Of a stretch of 64,000 nucleotides of DNA, positions 47,158 through 58,544 are shown one piece after another (within the stretch, counting starts at the first letter, position 1; the number at the start of each line of letters is the position of its first letter). The stretch is taken from the NCBI GenBank assembly GCA_965230995.1, contig OZ246398.1, forward strand, positions 528,213 through 592,212. The letters run 5' to 3'. The notes under the pieces are model-generated. The model ran no database searches and was not told where the DNA came from. It saw nothing but the letters and a program-made list of their open reading frames with translations. Both the position numbers and the translations under genes were made by a program. Source of the stretch: an uncultured Candidatus Saccharibacteria bacterium (lineage in GTDB: Bacteria; Patescibacteriota; Minisyncoccia; Phycocordibacterales; G965230995).

Positions 47158-49047
47158 ATGTCAAAAATAATTGGTATAGATTTGGGTACTACAAACTCTG
47201 CTGTAGCGGTGATGGAGGCAGGTGACCCTCGTATTATAGAAACAGCCGAGGGAACGAGAACCTTGCCGTCTATTGTTGCTCTCTCAAAAACAGGAGAGAG
47301 ACTAGCAGGCGTGCTTGCAAAGAGGCAAGCTGTTACAAACCCTCTAAACACAATATTCCAGATTAAAAGATTTATGGGGCATTCATTTGATGAACCTGCA
47401 GTTCAAAAGGACATCAAAGCAATTCCTTATGAAGTACGAAAAGCAAAGGATGGTGGAATAGAGGTAAAGATGGGTGACAAATATTACAGACCAGAAGAGA
47501 TTTCTGCGATGATTCTCGCTAAATTAAAAAGTGATGCAGAAGCAAAGCTTGGAGAAAAAATTACAGAAGCCGTAATTACAGTCCCAGCATATTTTAACGA
47601 TGCCCAGAGAAACGCAACCAAAGATGCCGGTAAAATTGCGGGACTAGATGTAAAGAGAATTATTCCAGAGCCAACAGCAGCCGCTTTGGCATATGGCTTC
47701 AATAAAAAGAAAAACGAGAAAATCGCAGTTTTCGACTTTGGTGGAGGAACATTTGATATTTCTATTCTCGAAGTCGGTGATGACGTTGTAGAGGTAAAAT
47801 CAGTTGACGGAGATGCTCATCTCGGAGGAAAGGATATTGATCAAAAAATAATCAATTATCTCGGAGAAGAATTCAAGAAGGAAAATGGAATTGATGTTCG
47901 AAATGACAAATTAGCTCTCCAGAGATTAGACGAAGCAGCTGAAAAAGCAAAAATAGAACTTTCATCTTCGGTAGAAACAGAAATAAATATTCCTTTCATT
48001 ACATCCGATGCAAATGGACCAAAACACTTGGTGATGAAACTCACAAGAGCAAAACTCGAAGAACTATCTCAGGAATTTCTAGATAGAGCTCTTATGATTA
48101 CAAAAAGAGCAGTCGAAGCTTCACCATTTAAATTAAACGAATTAAACGAAATCTTGCTTGTAGGTGGACAGACTAGAATGCCAAAAATGATTGATATGGT
48201 TCGGGCATATTTTGGAAAGGAGCCAAACAGAAGCATAAACCCAGATGAAGTCGTCGCTCTTGGTGCATCAATCCAAGGCGGTGTCATAAAGGGAGATGTA
48301 AAAGACATTTTGCTTTTGGATGTTATTCCACTATCTCTTGGTATTGAAACAATGGGGGGTGTAGCAACAAAATTGATTGAGAGAAACACAACAATCCCAG
48401 CAAGCAAATCACAAGTATTTTCTACTGCTTCAGACAATCAGACTGCTGTCGATATACACGTTGTTCAAGGTGAGAGGCCAATGGCTAGTGACAATAAGTC
48501 TCTAGGAAAATTTATCCTAGATGGTATTCCACCATCTCCTAGGGGTGTACCACAGGTAGAGGTTACATTCGATGTCGATGCAAACGGAATATTAAATGTA
48601 AAGGCAAAAGACAAATCTACAGGCAAAGAGCAGTCTATTAGAATCGAAGCTCGAAATAGTTTGACTGAAGAAGAGATAAACAGAATGCAAAAGGAAGCCG
48701 AAGCTCACGCAGAAGATGACAAAAAGAAAAAGGATCTTGTCGAAGCAAAAAATATTGCAGAGCAGATGTCATATACTGCAGAAAAAGCTCTAAAGGATGC
48801 CGAAGGAAAAATTAGTACAGAAATAAAAGATTCTGTACAGAGCAAGATTGATGCCGTCAATGCAGTAAAAACAAAAGACGATATTGAAGCAATCAAAAAA
48901 GCATCAGAAGAACTTTCGACAGAAATGCAAAAGATTGGTGAACATATGAACAAGGCTTCTTCCTCAAAAACAGACGAAGCAAAAAATGAAGGCGAGGGAA
49001 AGGTTCACGATGCTGATTTTAAAGAGGGTGGAGAAGATAAAAAATAA
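47158..49047 (+). CDS. dnaK: Chaperone DnaK
   Basis: [36 protein letters not shown]. Confidence 0.99.
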   Translation: MSKIIGIDLGTTNSAVAVMEAGDPRIIETAEGTRTLPSIVALSKTGERLAGVLAKRQAVTNPLNTIFQIKRFMGHSFDEPAVQKDIKAIPYEVRKAKDGGIEVKMGDKYYRPEEISAMILAKLKSDAEAKLGEKITEAVITVPAYFNDAQRNATKDAGKIAGLDVKRIIPEPTAAALAYGFNKKKNEKIAVFDFGGGTFDISILEVGDDVVEVKSVDGDAHLGGKDIDQKIINYLGEEFKKENGIDVRNDKLALQRLDEAAEKAKIELSSSVETEINIPFITSDANGPKHLVMKLTRAKLEELSQEFLDRALMITKRAVEASPFKLNELNEILLVGGQTRMPKMIDMVRAYFGKEPNRSINPDEVVALGASIQGGVIKGDVKDILLLDVIPLSLGIETMGGVATKLIERNTTIPASKSQVFSTASDNQTAVDIHVVQGERPMASDNKSLGKFILDGIPPSPRGVPQVEVTFDVDANGILNVKAKDKSTGKEQSIRIEARNSLTEEEINRMQKEAEAHAEDDKKKKDLVEAKNIAEQMSYTAEKALKDAEGKISTEIKDSVQSKIDAVNAVKTKDDIEAIKKASEELSTEMQKIGEHMNKASSSKTDEAKNEGEGKVHDADFKEGGEDKK

Positions 49048-49051
49048 TTTT

Positions 49052-49124
49052 AATCAATTTATCTAAACATTCAGGCAATTTTGCTTCGCAAAATTGCCTG
49101 AACTTAGATAATAATTTTTTGATT
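49052..49124. terminator. Long stem-loop between dnaK and dnaJ (terminator or mRNA-stabilising hairpin)
   Basis: TTCAGGCAATTTTGC-ttc-GCAAAATTGCCTGAA (49070-49102) extended by TTATCTAA/TTAGATAA and AATCAA/TTGATT. Confidence 0.65.
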
Positions 49125-49156
49125 GAATTATCCCTAAATAGTGCTAACATAGGCTT

Positions 49157-50236
49157 ATGTCAAAAGACTATTACAAGATTCTAGGAGTCGAGAAGAACGC
49201 AACCGGAGAAGATATAAAAAAAGCCTTCAGAAAACTTGCTCACAAATATCATCCTGACAAAAAAGATGGAGACGAAGCAAAATTCAAAGAGGTGAACGAA
49301 GCCTATTCTGTTTTGTCGAACGAAAAGAAACGAACAGAATATGATACTTACGGAAAGGTATTTTCAGACAGCAGTAATTCTGGTGGATTCCAGGGAGATT
49401 TTTCTGGTTTTGATTTTTCTCAATTTACAAAAGGCGGAGCCGGTAATGGTTTTGAATTCGATATCGGAGATATCTTCGGTGATTTTTTTGGTGGCGGATC
49501 AAAGAAACAAAAACGAGGTAGAGATATTTCAATTGATATAGAGCTTACATTTGAAGAATCTGTTTTTGGAGTCGAGAGAAAAATACTTTTAAACAAGCTT
49601 TCAACGTGTGAAGCCTGTTCTGGTTTGGGTGCTGAAAAAGGATCAAAAATGCGTTCGTGTTCAACTTGTAATGGAAAAGGAAAAATAAGAGAAGTCAGAC
49701 AATCTTTTATGGGTTCATTTGCGACAGAACGTGTTTGTGATGGTTGTTCTGGACGCGGAGAGATACCAGAAAGGAAATGCGAAAAATGTGATGGCTTTGG
49801 TGTTAGAAAACGAGAATCAGAAATAAAAGTCAAAATTCCAGCAGGTATAGAAAACGGAGAAATGGTCAGATTATCACAAGCAGGTGAAGCCTCGGCTGGC
49901 GGTATTGCTGGTGACTTGTATATAAAGGTTCATGTCAAACAACACTCTACATTTACAAAAGAGGGTACAAACCTATATATGGTAAAGCAAATCAAGCTCA
50001 CAGATGCCCTTCTAGGCTCTAAATTTGAGCTACATACGCTAGACGGAACAATTAGCGTAAAGATACCGCAAGGAATTAGCCACGATGAAATTTTAAGAAT
50101 AAAGGGTAAGGGAGTACCGTTTTCAAATGGTTCCGGACGAGGTGATATACTTATAAAAATAAAGATAGATATTCCATCAAAGTTTTCTAAAAAAGCAAAA
50201 GAGGCAATAGAAAAACTAAAAGAAGAAGGGATATAA
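49157..50236 (+). CDS. dnaJ: Chaperone DnaJ
   Basis: J-domain HPD, G/F-rich linker, four CxxCxGxG repeats. Confidence 0.98.
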   Translation: MSKDYYKILGVEKNATGEDIKKAFRKLAHKYHPDKKDGDEAKFKEVNEAYSVLSNEKKRTEYDTYGKVFSDSSNSGGFQGDFSGFDFSQFTKGGAGNGFEFDIGDIFGDFFGGGSKKQKRGRDISIDIELTFEESVFGVERKILLNKLSTCEACSGLGAEKGSKMRSCSTCNGKGKIREVRQSFMGSFATERVCDGCSGRGEIPERKCEKCDGFGVRKRESEIKVKIPAGIENGEMVRLSQAGEASAGGIAGDLYIKVHVKQHSTFTKEGTNLYMVKQIKLTDALLGSKFELHTLDGTISVKIPQGISHDEILRIKGKGVPFSNGSGRGDILIKIKIDIPSKFSKKAKEAIEKLKEEGI

Positions 50237-50242
50237 AATAAA

Positions 50243-51898
50243 ATGCAAGACGAAAAAATAAAAAAAGTTATAGACAAAATTTTTCCAGAGGATCTTCCAG
50301 AGACAGAAGAAATTTTGTCTAAATATAAACCAAGAAATATTTCGTCTTCTGCTATGGTAACAAGAGTTGCGCCGAGCCCAACTGGCTTTATGCATATTGG
50401 TACTTTGTACACTGCTCTAATCTGTGAGAGGCTTGCTCATCAAAGCGGTGGTATTTTTTACCTTCGAATTGAAGACACAGACAAAAAAAGAGAGATGGAT
50501 GGAGCTGTAAAAATTATTGTTGATGCTCTACATAGATACAAAATTATTCCAGACGAAGGTGAAGTTTCTGTTGGAAAGGAAGTCGGTGATTATGGACCAT
50601 ACAAACAGAGCGACAGAGAAAAAATATACAAATCATTTGTTAAAAAACTTTTGTTATCTGGTGACGCATATCCAGCATTTGAAACCGCAGAGGAGCTTTC
50701 TGAATTAAACAAAAAACAAACAGCAGAAAAAGTTGTACCTGGCTATTATGGAAAATGGGCAACTTGGAGAGAAAAATCTCTTGATGACGCGATTGTAGAA
50801 CTTGAAAAAGGAAATGTTCCTGTCATTCGTCTAAGGTCCAAAGGTGATCTAAAAAAAGAAATACTTGTGGACGATATGTTCAAGGGTAAAATGTCTCTAC
50901 CACAGAATGATCAGGATATCGTTATCCTAAAATCAGATGGGCTACCCACATACCATTTTGCACACGTAATAGACGATCATCTTATGGGAACAACCCACGT
51001 GCTTCGCGGTGATGAATGGCTTTCTTCACTCACATTGCATTTGCAACTTTTTGATTTGTTTGGATGGAACAAACCAATTTACGGTCATATTGCACCAATC
51101 CAAAAAACAGAAGGTTCTTCTAGAAGGAAGCTTAGCAAGAGAAAAGATCCAGAAGCCAATGTTGAATTTTATTTAAAAGAAGGCTATCCAGAGGAGGCCA
51201 TAATAATGTATCTCTTAAACCTCGCAAACTCGAGCTTTGAAGAGTGGCTTTTGAATAATCCAAGAGTAAATCTTTCTGAATATATACTTGAGACGAAAGA
51301 ATTAAGAAAAGGCGCTGGAGCACTTCTTGATCTCAAAAAAATTGCTTCATTTAGCAAAGATTTTATCGGCACTCTATCTATCGACGAGACATACGATAGG
51401 GCTCTCTCGTGGGCAAAAGGAAATGATGCGGAGCTTGCCTCTGTAATGGAAAAAAATATTGATTACACAAAATCTATATTTTCAATTGACAGGGACGGAA
51501 ATACAGCAAGAAAAGATATTGTTAAATGGTCTGACCTAAGAAATGAAATCGGTTTCTTTTATGATGAAATATTTGATTCTTTATTAATTGATATGTCGCA
51601 AATATCTGAAGTAGATTCTACAGACATCAAAAAAATATCAGATTTTTCAATCAAGGTCTTTAGCGAATGTAAAGACAAAGATGATTGGCTATCAAAAATG
51701 AGAGAGGCTGGAAATTCTATTGGTTATGCTCCAGATATGAAAACCTTCAAAGCTTCTCCAGAAAAATACAAAGGTAATTTTGGAACAGTTGCGAAAGTCG
51801 TGAGAGTATTGCTTGTGGGTAGAAACCAATCACCAGATCTATACGAGGTAATGAAAGTAATGGGAAGGGAAAGAGTAGAAAGAAGATTATCTAAATAA
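50243..51898 (+). CDS. gltX: Glutamate--tRNA ligase
   Basis: RVAPSPTGFMHIG, RIEDTD, PTYHFA, KLSKR. Confidence 0.96.
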   Translation: MQDEKIKKVIDKIFPEDLPETEEILSKYKPRNISSSAMVTRVAPSPTGFMHIGTLYTALICERLAHQSGGIFYLRIEDTDKKREMDGAVKIIVDALHRYKIIPDEGEVSVGKEVGDYGPYKQSDREKIYKSFVKKLLLSGDAYPAFETAEELSELNKKQTAEKVVPGYYGKWATWREKSLDDAIVELEKGNVPVIRLRSKGDLKKEILVDDMFKGKMSLPQNDQDIVILKSDGLPTYHFAHVIDDHLMGTTHVLRGDEWLSSLTLHLQLFDLFGWNKPIYGHIAPIQKTEGSSRRKLSKRKDPEANVEFYLKEGYPEEAIIMYLLNLANSSFEEWLLNNPRVNLSEYILETKELRKGAGALLDLKKIASFSKDFIGTLSIDETYDRALSWAKGNDAELASVMEKNIDYTKSIFSIDRDGNTARKDIVKWSDLRNEIGFFYDEIFDSLLIDMSQISEVDSTDIKKISDFSIKVFSECKDKDDWLSKMREAGNSIGYAPDMKTFKASPEKYKGNFGTVAKVVRVLLVGRNQSPDLYEVMKVMGRERVERRLSK

Positions 51899-51930
51899 CA
51901 AAAACCGCCCTAGGGCGGTTTTTGTTATTT
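51893..51930. terminator. 38-bp perfect palindrome, bidirectional terminator spanning the stop codons of convergent gltX and tyrS
   Basis: AAATAACAAAAACCGCCC-TA-GGGCGGTTTTTGTTATTT. Confidence 0.9.
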
Positions 51931-53127
51931 GATTTTGATTCTAAAGAATTTCTTTTTTCCGACTTTTACAACCAAGTCATTGCTATTAGGTTTACTCTCG
52001 AGATCTTCATTGCTAATCTTTTTGTCGTTTATTGTTATTCCGCCAGCATTGACCAATCTTCTAATTTCAGATTTTGAAACTGCGATTTTTGCATCAGCTA
52101 GAGCCTCGAGAATATTTTGTGACGAATTAATCTCTATTGCTGTTATGTCTTCGGTTTTTCCTTGTTCAAAGACTTTTTCTGATTCTGTTTTTGCTTTTTC
52201 GGCTTCGTTTTCACCGTGAACGAATTTTGTTACTTCGTAGGCGAGAATCTTTTTTACAGACCTGATTTCTGCGCCAGTTATCTTTGATAGTTCATTTATT
52301 TTTTCGTCATCGAGGAAAGTAAAGATTTTGAGGAATCTAGCTGTATCTTTGTCGTCTGTGTTTATCCAAAATTGATAGAATTCAAACGGAGAGGTTTTTT
52401 TAGGATCAAGCCAAACCGCACCAGATTCTGTCTTTCCCATTTTCTTTCCACTTGCAGTTGTGAGAAGGGGAATTGTCACCACGAATGCCTGGGCTGATTC
52501 TTTTCTTCTAATCAAATCACTTCCGGCAAGCATATTGCTCCACTGATCATCACCTCCAATTTGGAGAGTACAATTATATTTTTTATACAAATGCAAAAAA
52601 TCGTATCCTTGAAGCAATTGATAATTAAATTCCAAAAATGTGAGTCCATCTTCTCGTTCAAGTCTTGCTCTGTATGTTTCGGCTTTTATCATTTCGTTGA
52701 CCTTGAATATCGGACCAAAATCCCGTAGAAAATCTAAATAATTTATTTTTGAAAGCCAATCTGCATTATCAACAAAAGTAACATTCTTTTTGCCAAGTAT
52801 TTTCTTTGCTTGTGATTGTATGGCGTTAAAATTATTTCGAACATCTTTTTTTGTGAGCATTTTTCGCATTTCTGTTTTGCCAGAAGGGTCACCGATTAAT
52901 GCTGTACCACCACCAACTAAAGCGACAGCTTTGTTGCCCGAATCAATTAGCCATTTAGACATTATTACCGGAAGCAGGTGCCCTACATGCATACTGTCAG
53001 CGGTAGGATCAATACCAAAATAAAAAGAAAGTTTTTTGTCGCTACCTGCCATTTTTTCAAACTCTTCTTTGTTTGAAATCTGTGCTATGAGACCCCTTTC
53101 TTTTAGTTTTTCGAAGATGTTTTTCAT
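51925..53127 (-). CDS. tyrS: Tyrosine--tRNA ligase
   Basis: GIDPTADSMHVGH, QIGGDDQW, KMGKT, C-terminal S4 domain. Confidence 0.97.
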   Translation of the reverse strand: MKNIFEKLKERGLIAQISNKEEFEKMAGSDKKLSFYFGIDPTADSMHVGHLLPVIMSKWLIDSGNKAVALVGGGTALIGDPSGKTEMRKMLTKKDVRNNFNAIQSQAKKILGKKNVTFVDNADWLSKINYLDFLRDFGPIFKVNEMIKAETYRARLEREDGLTFLEFNYQLLQGYDFLHLYKKYNCTLQIGGDDQWSNMLAGSDLIRRKESAQAFVVTIPLLTTASGKKMGKTESGAVWLDPKKTSPFEFYQFWINTDDKDTARFLKIFTFLDDEKINELSKITGAEIRSVKKILAYEVTKFVHGENEAEKAKTESEKVFEQGKTEDITAIEINSSQNILEALADAKIAVSKSEIRRLVNAGGITINDKKISNEDLESKPNSNDLVVKVGKKKFFRIKIK

Positions 53128-53226
53128 ATTTTTCTCTTATCGCTGAATTATATGAGAAATTATCACTATCCGCAATTAGTTATCCTTTGTGCTAATAATT
53201 TACGTTGATATAATTAAAGACTACAT

Positions 53227-54426
53227 ATGGAGAAAAATGATAAACGTGATCTTTTTGGTATTATCGCAGTAATTGCGGTTTTTATTTTTTCTTCTGTTTT
53301 TGGAACCTTTCTTTTGTACGGAGAAGATTCTTTTATTGCATCCATCCAAAGAGCCTTTCCAGAAAAAATTACTCCTGAATCACTAAAGGCTTCATATAAC
53401 GAAAAACCAATCAGAATTCTTTTGGTGCCTGGCCACGACAATAAAGATTATGGCTCTGGAAACGGAGGAATTAGAGAAGCAGACATTTCTCTTGAGACTG
53501 CAAAATATATATCAGAGTATTTTAAATACAATCCAAAATTTACAGTTTTTACCACCAGAGATTTTTCAACTGGAGAATACACTGATGTATTTTCAAAATA
53601 TTTTGAAACAGAAAAAGATTCCATAAAATCATATATGGACGAAAAGACAAAAATTATGGATGAATATGTAGATGCAGGTGCAATCGAAAAACGAAGCACA
53701 ACAAGTCATGCAAAAGCTCCATCAAAAGCCAGAGAAAATCTATATGCCATTAACAAATGGACAAATGAAAACAACATTGATATAGCCTTGCATATACATT
53801 TCAACGACTATCCAGGCAGAAAATGGAACAGCACTGGAAAATATAATGGCTTTTCAATTTATATACCAGAATCTCAATTACCGAACGCCAGAGTGAGCAG
53901 GGTGATTGGTGAAAAAATTCTTTCTGAATTAGATTATATGTTTCCGAAAAGTGATTTGCCTATGGAAGAAGAAACCCTAATAGAAACACAGGAATTAATT
54001 GCCGTTGGCTCAAAAGGCTCAAGAGATGGTGCGTCAGTTCTGGTAGAATTTGGATATATTTATGAACCTCAATTTAATGACGACAATATCAGACCTATTG
54101 TATTAAAAGAAATGGCATACAGAACACACAAAGCAGTTGTGTCATACTTTGATGAAAATGCTGGAAATGCATTACCGCAGAGCACATTGATAGCGCCTTT
54201 TCCGGTTGATATCTTTTCTCTCAGACAGGAAAGGGGAGAAAATATCCTAAAGTTACAAGCTTCGCTATTGTCACTTGGTTTCTATCCTCCAGTCCCAAAG
54301 ACAAAAAATGATTGCCCAGTCAATGGAATATTTGGTAATTGCACGAGAACTGCTATAGACAATCTAAATCTATTTCAGTCTTCAAAAATACAGCAATTCT
54401 CTGCATCCATAGTTCAAGGCTTGTAA
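53227..54426 (+). CDS. N-acetylmuramoyl-L-alanine amidase (Amidase_3) with C-terminal peptidoglycan-binding domain
   Basis: N-terminal TM; VPGH..E, IHFN, VLVEFG Zn motifs; GENILKLQ..L...GFY..GIFG..T..AI. Confidence 0.85.
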   Translation: MEKNDKRDLFGIIAVIAVFIFSSVFGTFLLYGEDSFIASIQRAFPEKITPESLKASYNEKPIRILLVPGHDNKDYGSGNGGIREADISLETAKYISEYFKYNPKFTVFTTRDFSTGEYTDVFSKYFETEKDSIKSYMDEKTKIMDEYVDAGAIEKRSTTSHAKAPSKARENLYAINKWTNENNIDIALHIHFNDYPGRKWNSTGKYNGFSIYIPESQLPNARVSRVIGEKILSELDYMFPKSDLPMEEETLIETQELIAVGSKGSRDGASVLVEFGYIYEPQFNDDNIRPIVLKEMAYRTHKAVVSYFDENAGNALPQSTLIAPFPVDIFSLRQERGENILKLQASLLSLGFYPPVPKTKNDCPVNGIFGNCTRTAIDNLNLFQSSKIQQFSASIVQGL

Positions 54427-54476
54427 AAAAAGCCCAAAAACAATACTATATAAACATAGGAGTCTAAAAACACCAT

Positions 54477-55739
54477 ATGTTAGATATAAAATATATTAGA
54501 GAGAATGTAGAAGCAGTTAAACAGAATTGTAAAAACAGAAAAGTTTCTGTGAGTATTGACGAGCTTATTTCTGTTGACGACAATCGAAAATCCATCGAAA
54601 CAAAGCTTGGTGAGCTTAGATCCCTACGAAATAAAACATCAAAAACAAAGCCAACTCCAGAAGAAATTACAGAGATGAAGCGTGTTGGAGAAGAAATTAA
54701 AAAATTAGAGCAGGAGCTAGTAACCATCGAGGAAAAGCACAGAGAATTAATTCTCGCTGTTCCAAATATGACTCATCCAGAGGTCAGAATTAGCGACAAT
54801 GAAGATGATAATCCTGTTGTAGAGACGTTTCTCGGACCAAAGGAATTTGATTTTGAACCACTTGACCACGTGGCTTTGGCTGAAAAACACGATTTGATCG
54901 ACTTTGACAGAGCAACAAAAATTGCCGGTGCAAAATTCTATTATCTTAAAAATGAACTTGCAATAATAGAGCTCGCTCTCATTCGATACGCGATAGATGT
55001 TGCTATGAAGCACGGTTTTGTTCCGTTCTCGACACCTGATATTGCAAAGAGACAAGTCCTAGAGGGTCTGGGCTTTAACCCACGCGGGGAATCAACACAG
55101 GTATATAACATCGAAAATACTGATCTATCTCTTGTTGGTACAGCAGAGATTACTATGGGTGGATATCATATGGACGAAGTAATCGACCATCTAGAATTAC
55201 CAAAGAAATATATTGCAGTATCACATTGTTTTAGAACAGAAGCCGGTAGCTATTCAAAATTCTCAAAGGGAATTTTTAGAGTTCATCAATTTACAAAAGC
55301 CGAAATGTTCCAGTATGTTCTTCCAGAAAAATCTGAAGAAGCACATAAAGAAATGCTTGAAATAGAAAAAGAAGTATTCAAAGGTCTAGAAATTCCATTT
55401 CGAGTAGTAGATCACTGTACTGCAGATTTGGGCGGGCCATCATATCGAACTTATGACCTCGAAGCATGGCTTCCAGGCAAACCAAACAAAGAAGGAAAAA
55501 TGGGAGAGTGGGGAGAAATTACTTCAACATCTAATTGTACAGACTATCAATCAAGAGGTCTTAACGTTAAATATAAAAACGCCGAAGGAAAGAAAGATTA
55601 CTTGCATATGCTAAATGGTACAGCAATATCAATTGCAAGAGCTATAATAGCACTTATCGAAACACATCAACAAAAAGACGGAACAATAAATATACCAAAA
55701 GCCCTAAGGCCATACACAGGCTTTGATGCTATAAAATAA
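54477..55739 (+). CDS. serS: Serine--tRNA ligase
   Basis: MLDIKYIREN, GTAE, CFRTEAG, RVHQFTK, SNCTDYQSR, LNGT. Confidence 0.98.
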   Translation: MLDIKYIRENVEAVKQNCKNRKVSVSIDELISVDDNRKSIETKLGELRSLRNKTSKTKPTPEEITEMKRVGEEIKKLEQELVTIEEKHRELILAVPNMTHPEVRISDNEDDNPVVETFLGPKEFDFEPLDHVALAEKHDLIDFDRATKIAGAKFYYLKNELAIIELALIRYAIDVAMKHGFVPFSTPDIAKRQVLEGLGFNPRGESTQVYNIENTDLSLVGTAEITMGGYHMDEVIDHLELPKKYIAVSHCFRTEAGSYSKFSKGIFRVHQFTKAEMFQYVLPEKSEEAHKEMLEIEKEVFKGLEIPFRVVDHCTADLGGPSYRTYDLEAWLPGKPNKEGKMGEWGEITSTSNCTDYQSRGLNVKYKNAEGKKDYLHMLNGTAISIARAIIALIETHQQKDGTINIPKALRPYTGFDAIK

Positions 55740-55805
55740 TCAAACTATAAAATATTTTTTGTTTTCGTTGTTGATTCAGACGAATTATTTTTGAGCTGAA
55801 AAAAT

Positions 55806-57563
55806 ATGAACTACAAATCAATATTCAAACATTACTGGCAATTTATGAAGAAAAGATTGCCAGAGGGAATTACTTTGCTCGTTATGTATTCCATAGCAAC
55901 GAGTGTTTCCGCATTATCGATACCATATATCTATAAAAGTATTATCGACAATGTTGCAACAGGCGGAACGAGTACAATAGACAGCATAATAAAGCTTCTG
56001 GTTTTTCTCGCACTCTCGATGGTTGCTCTTATGATATTTTATCGAATCGGAGATTTCTTTATGATTAGGTATATTAACGATATCCAAAAGGAATTAAGCA
56101 ATTATGTGCTGGAAAAACTAGAAAAACATTCATATGCGTTTTTTGCGAATTCATTTTCAGGAGGACTTGTGGCAAAGTCATCAAGATTTGTTGATGCGTT
56201 TGATATGCTGTTTTCGCAATTTGTTTGGAACATCTGGCTTGATGTTTTGAGACTTTGCGGTGCAATAGCAATACTTTGGTATCAATCTTGGGTGCTGGGT
56301 CTAATATTTTTTATCTGGTTTGTCACGTTCTTATTTATCGCAAAAAAACTCATATCGCTCCAGGTTCCAAAAAATCTCAAGCAGTCAGAATATGATTCGA
56401 TAAATACATCCAGATTCTCTGATATCATAAGCAATATATTTACAGTAAAAACCTTTGCAACCGAAGAAAGGGAACTTTCAGAATACAAAGACATTACAGA
56501 AAATGAGGCAAAAGTGAGGAGAGTCGCTTGGATGCAGGAAGGTTTTTGGAATCCTATGATTCAGGGTGCTTATGTAAACATTTTTGAAGTCATAATTATG
56601 TCTATCGCAATATTTCTCTGGTACAGAGGAATGATTACACCAGGAACAATTGTGTTGCTTCAAATTTATGTCATTACAACTTTTGAAATTGTTTGGGGAA
56701 TAAGCAAACACGCAATCAGAATTTCAAGCGCCCTAGCAAATGCAGACGAAATGGTACAAATTCTCGACAAAGATCTAGATGTAAAAGATTCAAAAAACCC
56801 GATGCCTCTAGATGTAATCTCTGGCAAAATTGCGTTTAATAATGTGTCGTTCAAATATGAAAAAGGCAACAATGTATTCGCTGGTCTAAACGTATCGATC
56901 AAACCAAAAGAAAAAGTAGCATTGGTAGGAAAATCAGGTTCAGGAAAAAGTACATTTCTCAAATTGCTTATGAGGTTTTCTGATGTAGACAACGGAACGA
57001 TTACAATAGACGGGCAGGATATATCAAAGGTTAAACAAAGCGATTTGAGGGCTTCGATTTCTTATGTACCACAAGACCCAATCCTATTTCACAGAACACT
57101 CAAGGAAAATATTGCTTATGCAAAGCCTAATGCAACTATGGACGAGATTATCGACATTGCAAAAAAAGCTCATGCAAATGATTTCATTCAAAATTTGCCA
57201 GACAAATATGATTCGCTAGTGGGCGAGAGAGGGGTCAAATTATCTGGTGGTGAAAGACAAAGAGTGGCGATTGCAAGAGCAATGATGAAGGAAACAAAAA
57301 TTATTGTACTAGACGAAGCGACGAGCGCTCTCGATTCAGAATCAGAATTAAAAATCCAAGAAGCATTCAAAGAATTGATGGAAGGTAAAACAACTGTTGT
57401 CATTGCTCACAGACTTTCAACTATTAGAAATATGGACAGAATCATTGTCTTTGATAATGGAAAAATAGTAGAAACTGGTTCACATAGTGAGCTAATCAAA
57501 AACAAAAAAGGAATCTACAAAAAACTCTGGGACAGCCAAGTCGGCGGATTCATTGTTGAATAA
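55806..57563 (+). CDS. ABC exporter, fused permease and ATPase (MsbA/MdlB-like)
   Basis: Multi-TM N-half; GKSGSGKST, LSGGERQR, VLDEATS. Confidence 0.93.
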   Translation: MNYKSIFKHYWQFMKKRLPEGITLLVMYSIATSVSALSIPYIYKSIIDNVATGGTSTIDSIIKLLVFLALSMVALMIFYRIGDFFMIRYINDIQKELSNYVLEKLEKHSYAFFANSFSGGLVAKSSRFVDAFDMLFSQFVWNIWLDVLRLCGAIAILWYQSWVLGLIFFIWFVTFLFIAKKLISLQVPKNLKQSEYDSINTSRFSDIISNIFTVKTFATEERELSEYKDITENEAKVRRVAWMQEGFWNPMIQGAYVNIFEVIIMSIAIFLWYRGMITPGTIVLLQIYVITTFEIVWGISKHAIRISSALANADEMVQILDKDLDVKDSKNPMPLDVISGKIAFNNVSFKYEKGNNVFAGLNVSIKPKEKVALVGKSGSGKSTFLKLLMRFSDVDNGTITIDGQDISKVKQSDLRASISYVPQDPILFHRTLKENIAYAKPNATMDEIIDIAKKAHANDFIQNLPDKYDSLVGERGVKLSGGERQRVAIARAMMKETKIIVLDEATSALDSESELKIQEAFKELMEGKTTVVIAHRLSTIRNMDRIIVFDNGKIVETGSHSELIKNKKGIYKKLWDSQVGGFIVE

Positions 57564-57617
57564 AAAAAATCGAAAAACTGTCAGGTTTTAACGCTGGGAC
57601 ACAAAAGATATATTTCT

Positions 57618-58544
57618 TCAGATTTTTGAAAAAAATAAGAATTTCTTGTACATATAAGACTTTATAATTCTCTTTGTTGAATTTTTGTCTTCGGCCAAGT
57701 CGCAGAAGTATGTAGATGCATCAGATAATGTACTGAATTTAATCCAAGAGTATAATCTTTGATTCTTTATTATTTTTTCTTTTGAGCTAGAATTATATCC
57801 ATCAAGAAAGGCATTAAATAAATCCTCATTAAATTCGCCACCATCCGGAAATGACCATTCTACAGAAGCAAGTGCAAAATCCTTAATTGCTGGTCCTATG
57901 GTGCTCCAATCAAAATCTATAACTCCAACTACTTCATCATTATTGCCAAAAAATACATTACCAGGTCTGTAATCATTATGGATAAGAGTTTGATATTTGG
58001 TTTGTTTTTTAGCAAACTCGATCATGTTTTTTACGTGATCTATGAAATCCACACCCCCTTCAAAGTCATTTATAAATTTATCTGCCAAGGTAATTGATCT
58101 CTCAAGTTCAGAAAAAATGTTTCTATTTCTTGGTGATGCTGTTATAAACCCATTTGAAATGTTGTTAAATATTCCGAGACTCTTTCCTGCATTAAAAGAT
58201 TGTTTAATAGTCGGAAGATTTTCTTTGTCGATCTGAATTTGATGGCCATCAATAAAATCAAAAAGAACAGCGACATTATCATTAATTAATACATAAAAGT
58301 TACCGTCAACAGTGTGATTAATATTTGGGACAGGGAAGTTGTTTTTTGAAAGATAGTCAATTACTCCAAATTCAAATTGAATGTCTTTAATCGGCAATCT
58401 CTTGCTTACTCTCAAGACTTTTCTATTTTTTTCACCTATTAGAAAGACAGAGTTGTCACTAGATTCTCTAAGTAATATTACTGGAAAATATTCTTTCAAA
58501 TCATAACTTTTAAGTGCTTTTGATATGTTTTCACTATTTATCAT
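57618..58544 (-). CDS. APH/homoserine-kinase-II-like phosphotransferase
   Basis: IHNDYRPGN catalytic loop, VIDFD metal motif; start re-placed at MINSEN, overlapping the upstream stop. Confidence 0.85.
   Translation of the reverse strand: MINSENISKALKSYDLKEYFPVILLRESSDNSVFLIGEKNRKVLRVSKRLPIKDIQFEFGVIDYLSKNNFPVPNINHTVDGNFYVLINDNVAVLFDFIDGHQIQIDKENLPTIKQSFNAGKSLGIFNNISNGFITASPRNRNIFSELERSITLADKFINDFEGGVDFIDHVKNMIEFAKKQTKYQTLIHNDYRPGNVFFGNNDEVVGVIDFDWSTIGPAIKDFALASVEWSFPDGGEFNEDLFNAFLDGYNSSSKEKIIKNQRLYSWIKFSTLSDASTYFCDLAEDKNSTKRIIKSYMYKKFLFFSKI

Noticed and set aside
49121-49147. TAGTGCTAA resembling the right half of a CIRCE box before dnaJ
   Set aside because: No TTAGCACTC left arm at 9-nt spacing and no hrcA in the cluster; better explained as the extended -10 TGCTAACAT
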